Shown piece by piece: positions 57,311 through 64,000 of a DNA stretch of 64,000 nt. Within the stretch, counting starts at the first letter, position 1, and each line of letters opens with the position of its first letter. A model generated the notes under the pieces. That model worked only from the letters and a program-made list of their open reading frames with translations. It searched no databases and was not told where the DNA came from. The position numbers and the translations under genes are program-made. Origin of the DNA: a virus (lineage: Duplodnaviria; Caudoviricetes); IMG/VR virus record IMGVR_UViG_3300047281_000029, positions 1,013-65,012 of that record; one strand, written 5' to 3'.

Positions 57311-59699
57311 CCTTCTTAGGCTCTGGTTTAGCTATAAATTTTATCCAACGTCCGTTCATATCACGACCCTCTATTGGCTGTATGCCTGACACGAATACAC
57401 CGTAAGAGTTAAGCCACTTATAGAATGTATTCCTTGAGATAGTCATCTTAGCCTTCGGCGCAAAGTCAGGGTTGTCCTGAATAAAGTCAACGTATAGGTC
57501 CTGCTTATAAATAACTACGTCAGTCTTTAACTTGTCACTGTGCGCGTTACCATCAATGAATCCACACCAATCAATAAACTCATGGCACGTCTCAGCTGAT
57601 AACTTTCTGATCTTCAAGTTAACGAATGAACTCTTAACAAGCCCAGTACTTAAATACAACTGTAGGTTAGTGATCATGTAGTTATCAAACCTGCACCACT
57701 CGTCCTGGTCCCACTCGCTAAACAGTAACCTACCGAACTCTACTTGTGGCGTAAACTCCTTGGTATAGAACTGCTTAAACTCTAGCTCCCACTTACGTCT
57801 CTCGAATGAGTTACCCTTACCCTTGATGGCGTAGTTGGTTGTGATAATAATCTTTGGTGACTTGTCGAACGGTATCTTAATCGCATCCTTGTTCTTCTTC
57901 TCAATTGTTATACCCTCTGTAATAACAGAGAACAGTCTCTCAAAGTCAAAGTGCTTCTTGACGTCATCAAATGATAGCACCTGAGTATCAACTGACATGG
58001 TCTGGTATGGGAATGAACTATCAAAGTTGAATCTCTTACCGTCAATGTATGCAGTGTTCTTCATCTTAGACACGGCATTTACAAATATACCCTTACCAGT
58101 ACCGCCCTCAGGATTGTCCGTGATAACCTCGTCATTCAAGATAACTGCTGGACAGTACGAAAAGTTCTTGTAACCGTGTAATAAGAACCCAATAGTACTC
58201 TCCATTGATCTGATCCTATTCTCATCACCACCTGAAATGTTAGATATAAATACCTTATAATCACAGTCAGTTACCTCACAGATATCAAAGTCCCTATCGA
58301 TCACCTGGTCACTCCACACATAACCTCCAAGGTCTAGGTAGTCAATTACGTTTACCTTGTCCTTAGTTATATTAACAGCGCAGTTCTTGTAGTATAGGTA
58401 CGCGTTGTCCTTGTCGTCCTCCATGAATGATACATCAACCGATGAAAGTAGTGACAAGAAGTCATCCTTAAAGAAGCGTGTCTTATCAGCGAAATAATTG
58501 TAGATAGACAAATCATCCAACCCTTCGAGATATGTCAACACAAAGTCCTTAATCTCGTCGTCAGACGTGTGGTTGATTAGGTTATTGGTTACACGTACAA
58601 AGATTGAACTCTTACTACCAGTAGGAGTAAACTTATAGAACCCGTTGTCCTCTAGGAACTCCTTGAACAAGTAGTGAACGATACTGATCGCTCCCTTGTC
58701 CGACTTAGTCCAGAACTTCTTGGCTGACTCGTCCTGATCAATCGTGCTGATCACGGTGTCAATTGTGTTCTCGTCTAGTGCAGTAGTCATAAGCTCAGAC
58801 TTGATGTCCTTCTTAGATACTCCTCGCTTAATCTTCTGTCTTACCTGGGCCAGCTTATCGTCGTCCTCGTAGAACTTTGTCCCGTGCTTACTTGTATTTC
58901 TGTATGCAGAGTTAATGGCTGTATTGATCTCAGACATTGGAAAGTCCTTTGACTGAAACTGACTCATAACATATTCAGACAGTGACTTAGATATACCGTA
59001 CTCATTAAACGCTGAGGCTAGTATGAACACGTTGTTGTTACGCTCTCCGTCTACTAGTCCGTACCTCTTTGTCCACCACTTCATAAGGATCTCAACGATC
59101 TTGTTCTCGTTGGTGATTGGTATGGTTGGTTGTGACGTTACCTTGTCCTTCTCAACGTACTCATGCTCGGCTACCTCTGTCCACACGTCGGAGTCCTCGT
59201 TAACGTATATCGCCGGATCGTACGACTCGTAGCATACACGTGATATGTTCTTACAGGCCTTATCGAACTGAGGCGAGTCGAAGTGCTTCTCTAGTGCGTT
59301 AAAGTAGTTCTTGTGATTTTCTGGATCCTTAGGTATCTTAACCAATACCTTAAGTCCATCACCTGATGGTGATATAAATACAGAGTAGACATAGTTATCA
59401 GTAGATAGTATGTCCTTTTCGGTCTTCATTTCCTTAGTCGTAGCATACCCATCAAAGTCAAGACATATGAAACCACTGTGCTCAACAAGTGCAGTGTCTA
59501 GTCTTTTATTAAAGGTACCCGAGAAGCATATCGCTGGTAGTGACTGCTTCATAATATTTCTAAGAGACTTGTCCTTTTCCTTTCGTATTTTCTCTACTAT
59601 TTCTTTTGAGTTACCGTCTCTGGTGCGCTCTAGTATCTTTTCGATTGGTCTAAAAAATGGCGTCTCGGTTTGTTTTATATTAGCAAATATTGTTACCAT
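57288..59699 (-). CDS. Primase-helicase (BT4734/VirE N-terminal, PriCT, D5-like ATPase)
   Basis: LPAICFSG, HSGFICLDFD, FISPSGDGLK, GERNN, GGTGKG, FDD. Confidence 0.88.
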   Translation of the reverse strand: MVTIFANIKQTETPFFRPIEKILERTRDGNSKEIVEKIRKEKDKSLRNIMKQSLPAICFSGTFNKRLDTALVEHSGFICLDFDGYATTKEMKTEKDILSTDNYVYSVFISPSGDGLKVLVKIPKDPENHKNYFNALEKHFDSPQFDKACKNISRVCYESYDPAIYVNEDSDVWTEVAEHEYVEKDKVTSQPTIPITNENKIVEILMKWWTKRYGLVDGERNNNVFILASAFNEYGISKSLSEYVMSQFQSKDFPMSEINTAINSAYRNTSKHGTKFYEDDDKLAQVRQKIKRGVSKKDIKSELMTTALDENTIDTVISTIDQDESAKKFWTKSDKGAISIVHYLFKEFLEDNGFYKFTPTGSKSSIFVRVTNNLINHTSDDEIKDFVLTYLEGLDDLSIYNYFADKTRFFKDDFLSLLSSVDVSFMEDDKDNAYLYYKNCAVNITKDKVNVIDYLDLGGYVWSDQVIDRDFDICEVTDCDYKVFISNISGGDENRIRSMESTIGFLLHGYKNFSYCPAVILNDEVITDNPEGGTGKGIFVNAVSKMKNTAYIDGKRFNFDSSFPYQTMSVDTQVLSFDDVKKHFDFERLFSVITEGITIEKKNKDAIKIPFDKSPKIIITTNYAIKGKGNSFERRKWELEFKQFYTKEFTPQVEFGRLLFSEWDQDEWCRFDNYMITNLQLYLSTGLVKSSFVNLKIRKLSAETCHEFIDWCGFIDGNAHSDKLKTDVVIYKQDLYVDFIQDNPDFAPKAKMTISRNTFYKWLNSYGVFVSGIQPIEGRDMNGRWIKFIAKPEPKKDEPQLLF

Positions 59700-59716
59700 T
59701 GATTATAATTTAAATT

Positions 59717-59742
59717 AAAAAGGCCCCGAACACTCGAGGCCT
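59717..59742 (-). terminator. Intrinsic terminator after the SSB gene
   Basis: Minus strand AGGCCTCGA GTGT TCGGGGCCT TTTT. Confidence 0.6.
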
Positions 59743-59762
59743 GATGAGTGTGATACGTCTAA

Positions 59763-60059
59763 TTAAGGGATGTCGTTAACCGCGTCCTTCTTAATGTTCC
59801 ATCCTTGGATAGAGTTAAAGTACTTAACCTCACCCGTGTTAGGGTTAGTGTACTCTCTACCTCTCAAGTTAATACCTACAGTAACCTCGTCTCCTACAGC
59901 GTACTTGTCCAAGATAGAACACTTGTCCTGGTTGAACTCAATACTGATGTGTTGTGGGTACTGCTCGTCTGTAGATACTACTACTTCTCTTTTAGAGAAC
60001 TTATCAGATACTTGTTGTGTTGATCCGATGAATTTGATTTTTCCTTTTACTTCGCTCAT
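59763..60059 (-). CDS. DUF3127-type single-stranded DNA-binding protein
   Basis: FSKREVV...EQYPQ.I.IEF.QDK...NLRGRE...YFNSIQGW. Confidence 0.85.
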   Translation of the reverse strand: MSEVKGKIKFIGSTQQVSDKFSKREVVVSTDEQYPQHISIEFNQDKCSILDKYAVGDEVTVGINLRGREYTNPNTGEVKYFNSIQGWNIKKDAVNDIP

Positions 60060-60078
60060 GTTTATTTAATTTAATTGT

Positions 60079-60813
60079 TTATAATTCTTCTTCAATAATG
60101 TAACTGTTAATATCTGCCCATGCGTCCTTGCCAAAGAACTTGTTGTACTGATCCACTGCTGAGATAACCTTAACGCGTCCAGACTCTAAGAAGTCATCGC
60201 TACAGCTATACTCTCCTAGCATGCCAGTAGTCTTGTCTATAACATAGAACACCATAGGCTTACCAAAGAACTCTTGGTATAGGTAGGCCTGACTATCGTA
60301 GTTGTACTTCTTCGCATTGTACCTGAAGTCATTGATACTTGATGTGGTCTTGATATCAATGATCATGTCTGTGCCTACGATGTCAGCCTTACCCTTCCAC
60401 ATTACTCCGTATACTTCCTTAACGTTTGGCACCTCGAATTGGTTACCCTGCGCGTAGATGTTATCGTAGAAATGTAGATTACCCTTCATGATGTTTACTA
60501 TATTATTAAGGTCGTCCACCTCAGATCTAAGCAGTAGCATGGAAGCGCCTGACTCCTTAACTGCATCCTTGTAGATGTTTGTGTTGCGACTTGACGCGTC
60601 AACTATCTGAAAGTCAGGTAGTTTGTTTGGCTCAAGCATTGCAGTGTGGAAGTATGACCCCTCTATTAAAGCCTTAGTCGTCTCTGACTTCTTCTTAAAG
60701 TTCTTCGGATTATATAGTAAGTCACCAATGTCCGAATTCGATAGGAATTGTTTACCATAATCTCCGTAATAGTCCGCATCGTTCTGTAGTTTTTCAATAA
60801 TATTAGTCGACAT
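60079..60813 (-). CDS. PD-(D/E)xK exonuclease (RecE/ExoVIII-like, DUF3799)
   Basis: LSNS, GSYFHTAMLEP, KGKADI, IDIKTT, YDSQAYLY. Confidence 0.85.
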   Translation of the reverse strand: MSTNIIEKLQNDADYYGDYGKQFLSNSDIGDLLYNPKNFKKKSETTKALIEGSYFHTAMLEPNKLPDFQIVDASSRNTNIYKDAVKESGASMLLLRSEVDDLNNIVNIMKGNLHFYDNIYAQGNQFEVPNVKEVYGVMWKGKADIVGTDMIIDIKTTSSINDFRYNAKKYNYDSQAYLYQEFFGKPMVFYVIDKTTGMLGEYSCSDDFLESGRVKVISAVDQYNKFFGKDAWADINSYIIEEEL

Positions 60814-61327
60814 AATTTCCTAATTCTTTTTTAGTAGCAGTAGAGATTGTGTACTTAGACTGCAAGTTGTTAATAATACTAGCCAATCCTAGTTGCTTGT
60901 TAGCCTTCACGTACTCTATCACTCCAGCCCAGTTAGGTGAGTCAGGTGTTAGCTCTGTCTTACCAGTCACTGGTGTTGATCCTTCACCAACCGCAATGAT
61001 CCTATTGATCGCTAGTCCCTGAGCCTCTCCGATACGTCCCTTGTTAGGCTTAACACTCAACTCAATTGTAATGTTCTTCCATGCATCAACATTACCAGAC
61101 TTAACCGCGTTGTGTAGCATCTTACAGTTTCCTGAGTTAAGGATCATTGGCTTGGTTGGTCTACCTGATGGTAGCTTAGCCTCTTTAAAGTAGGCAACGT
61201 TCTTTAGTTCCTGCTTGGTTAGTTGTACCATCTTCTGCTCAACCCTATCGATGGTGAGCTGTACTGCTCCGTCAAGTTCATATGAACTCATGAACGGGCT
61301 ATCGAATGCGTCTTTCCAGTTTGTCAT
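60803..61327 (-). CDS. Probable ssDNA annealing/recombination protein
   Basis: Adjacent to the exonuclease; KPMILN..N motif; C-terminal I..LQSKYTIS. Confidence 0.5.
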   Translation of the reverse strand: MTNWKDAFDSPFMSSYELDGAVQLTIDRVEQKMVQLTKQELKNVAYFKEAKLPSGRPTKPMILNSGNCKMLHNAVKSGNVDAWKNITIELSVKPNKGRIGEAQGLAINRIIAVGEGSTPVTGKTELTPDSPNWAGVIEYVKANKQLGLASIINNLQSKYTISTATKKELGNYVD

Positions 61328-63591
61328 TTTATTTTAGATATTATTTGTTTCACTTCCTCTATCCTAGCGATGCAGTCCTTGACGTCCTCGCAGTTTTCTG
61401 TCTTTAAGTCCAGGTACTTTCTTAGTGCCTGCTCTACTGTTAGGTAGTACCACTTGTCAGTGTATATAAAGTCTACCATCTTACCGTCCTTCTCGCGTTG
61501 TCTAGGCGTTGCGAAGTTTAGCGTTGTACCTGAGCCATCGCTTACAATTGAATACTCTTCGTCTATTTTCATATTATTTAAGTTTTAAAATTTCAGTATA
61601 CTTATTCATGATATAGGTTCTGTGCGACTTCATGGAGTGGTAGTGCTTCTGATTGTTACGGTTCGTTAGTTCCGTTCTAATCTTGTTCTGTATTCCATTA
61701 AGCGAGCAGTTGTAGTTGAAGATGCATAGGTTGTATACTCCCATTCTGAATCCATGATCAAAGAATACCTGGTACTGATCTTCTGAAATCTCAGTGTAGC
61801 TATCTCCTGGAATCTTGGTATTGTATATCGCAATATCACCCTCTCTATTCTCTATCTTTATACCCTTGTAGATATATGATACGGATACTGGAGTCACTAG
61901 CCTTGTAGCTAGCGCGTCCAACTTTGCCTGATTAAAAATTTCTTCTTTCATGGGGCAAATATATTACTTATTGAATTCTTCTACAAGTTTTTCGGTTATT
62001 TTTTTTAATTTATTTATGCAGTACGTGTTGTCACTTACTGATAGTACCGATATTACTAGTTCTAAGTCATTCAATACTTCTCGTTGTTGCGCTGTCATCA
62101 GAATAGTCTTTTTAGTTGTTGCTTGTCCATGGATAGGATAGTTGTAAGCGCGTTGTCCATGTCATCGTTGGTGCTTAAAATTTTGAAAAGAACATGTACT
62201 TTTCTGTCTGTCAGGCGTTTACCTTGTGAGAAACTCTTCACTCTCATCAAAGTCTCCTGGAATTGATTATGCTCGTCTGGGGTAGTCAAGGCCTCGCCAT
62301 GATCATTTACCCATTTACCGTTAATTACTTTCATCGTATATTGTTAGTTTAGAATCTATAGGTAGCTCGTACCATAGATCGATTAGTTCTTGATTAATTT
62401 CTTCTACCCCGTATAGTTTACAAAGTTCTTGTCGTCCCAGTGTCTTGTACCAAGTGTCTAGCTTGTTCTGTACTGCCTCTTTATATGTTGCCATTTTGTA
62501 TTTCGTATTTAATTAGTGCAAAAATTATGTTCTGTCTTGTTAGTCTCTTGGCGTCTTCCCAATTTAGATTGTTATCCTTCATCTCGTACTTGGCCAGTTG
62601 CCCAAATTTTTTATTGTACTCGCGCTCTCTATCGATGTGCTTCTGTATGTTTACTTTTCTTCTCATCTATTAAATTATTAATGTAGTTATAAATTTCTAT
62701 TTCACGCTCTGTGCTGACTATCATTGTCGATACCGTATCGGAATCTATTATCCCGTTGCCGTTAAAGAAGTCGTCGTATAGACTCCTTAGTTCTCTGTTA
62801 AGACACTCTAGTTTAGAGGATATCTTTATACTGGCCTCATGTTGCATAGTAGTGATATTACTATTACTGTTTCTATTATTGAAAATAGTACTATTACTAT
62901 TCCGAAAGGATCGTCCTTTGTATTTCGTATACCCCAGTTGGATAGGTGTGTTAGTACTGTGTGTAGTAGTATTACTACCGCTACTGCTACTGCTAGTGGT
63001 ATTTGTATCATAATTTTTGTGATTTTTTAAATATTTCTAATAGTTCTTGTATCGTAAATTTTTCAGCAGTTGAGTAATTATCAAATCCTTCTTGTTTGTA
63101 TGTCACCCAATTTCTTCCATCTCCATCCTTATCTTGATACATATCTTCATACATATTATCTGATAAAAAAAATGCGAACCTTATCGCAATTTCTTCTGCT
63201 ATTTCTACGCATCTGTTGGCAACGTTTTCTGTACGTTCATCATTGAATCCAGACACTATTTCTTTGTATTGTTCCTTTATTGTTTTCATAAGTATAGTAT
63301 TGCTTCGTCTTCTGTTATGTCTTCGTCTTGTATCTCTAGTCTTAGGTCGTCTTGGTCTAGTATGGTTATGTAGAATACCCATGCGTTTCCAGTCTTCCTT
63401 GCTCGTGTCGGGAACGTCTTTGATTCTAGTGTCGGTCTTCTAAACACAATCCTATCATCGTATATCTTATAAACAAACTCCTTGCTGAACCAGTCGTTAC
63501 TTATGCTCACATTAAATCTGTGTCGGTGTGTCGCGCTGTTTGGATACAGCCTAACCTCGTTTTGCTTTATTGGTGTCCTTGTTGATGTCAT
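61324..63591 (-). CDS. Run of small hypothetical ORFs (61324-61572, 61574-61951, 62098-62334, 62481-62666, 62629-62847, 62826-63011, 63008-63289, 63286-63591)
   Basis: Consecutive or overlapping minus-strand ORFs. Confidence 0.6.
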
Positions 63592-64000
63592 CTTGTACTG
63601 TTTTTAAATAATTAATTCTTTTTTGTTCTGATACAAATGGTACGCTCCAGAACTGACGCGTCTTTGTTTTAAACCATCCAAACACGAACGAGTATACTCC
63701 CATTACCAGCCTTAACTTTACTGAGTTTAGGTACAATGTAAGTACTGGTAGTGATGGAGCCCCGTGTGTCAGGTACGTTCTTACCTTCTTGTCGCTTAGT
63801 AGTGGCTTAGGGTATCCGTATAGTTTGGTTAGTGGTATAAAGTTGTAGGCAAATCCAGGAGTGAATACCTGATCAAAGAACGACTCCAGCATCGGCGTGG
63901 TTCTGAACCACCACACGGGAGATATAATATAAATCCTATCCGACCATGTCACTAGTTCCTTGTACTCTTCTACTCTTTTTTTCTTAAACACGAACGACTT
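63551..64000 (-). CDS. Flavodoxin-like NAD(P)H:quinone oxidoreductase (Flavodoxin_2), 5' end outside the window
   Basis: WSDRIYIISPVWWFRTTPMLESFFDQVFTPGFAY...LSDKKV..Y.THGAP. Confidence 0.8.
   Translation of the reverse strand, partial: KSFVFKKKRVEEYKELVTWSDRIYIISPVWWFRTTPMLESFFDQVFTPGFAYNFIPLTKLYGYPKPLLSDKKVRTYLTHGAPSLPVLTLYLNSVKLRLVMGVYSFVFGWFKTKTRQFWSVPFVSEQKRINYLKTVQDDINKDTNKAKRG

Noticed and set aside
59721-59760. CTGATGA suggesting a fourth hammerhead
   Set aside because: No properly placed stem II-GAAA and NUH; better explained as a minus-strand terminator hairpin after the SSB gene.

Overview
This window holds most of a lytic tailed (podovirus-like) dsDNA phage genome. The host is almost certainly Bacteroidota/Flavobacteriia, based on TAnnTTTG promoters, AT-rich non-SD leaders, a DUF3127-type SSB and a VirE/BT4734-type primase. 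Layout: small early genes on the minus strand (1-2600); a non-coding control/ori-like region (2660-3700); a tRNA/ncRNA island (4877-5550); GroEL/GroES, small basic proteins, lysis, tail-fibre, packaging, capsid, tail and ejection genes on the plus strand (to 49779); and nucleotide metabolism, replication and recombination genes on the minus strand (49808-64000). Two things stand out. (1) The early minus-strand transcript is punctuated by three canonical hammerhead ribozymes in consecutive intergenic gaps, plus a 141-nt tRNA-like element, which suggests an RNA-based mRNA processing system. (2) The 2471-aa tail stabilisation protein carries 11 eukaryote-like thrombospondin type-1 repeats interleaved with an unrecognised ~105-aa repeat domain. 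All calls come from reading the sequence by eye; no database searches were run.
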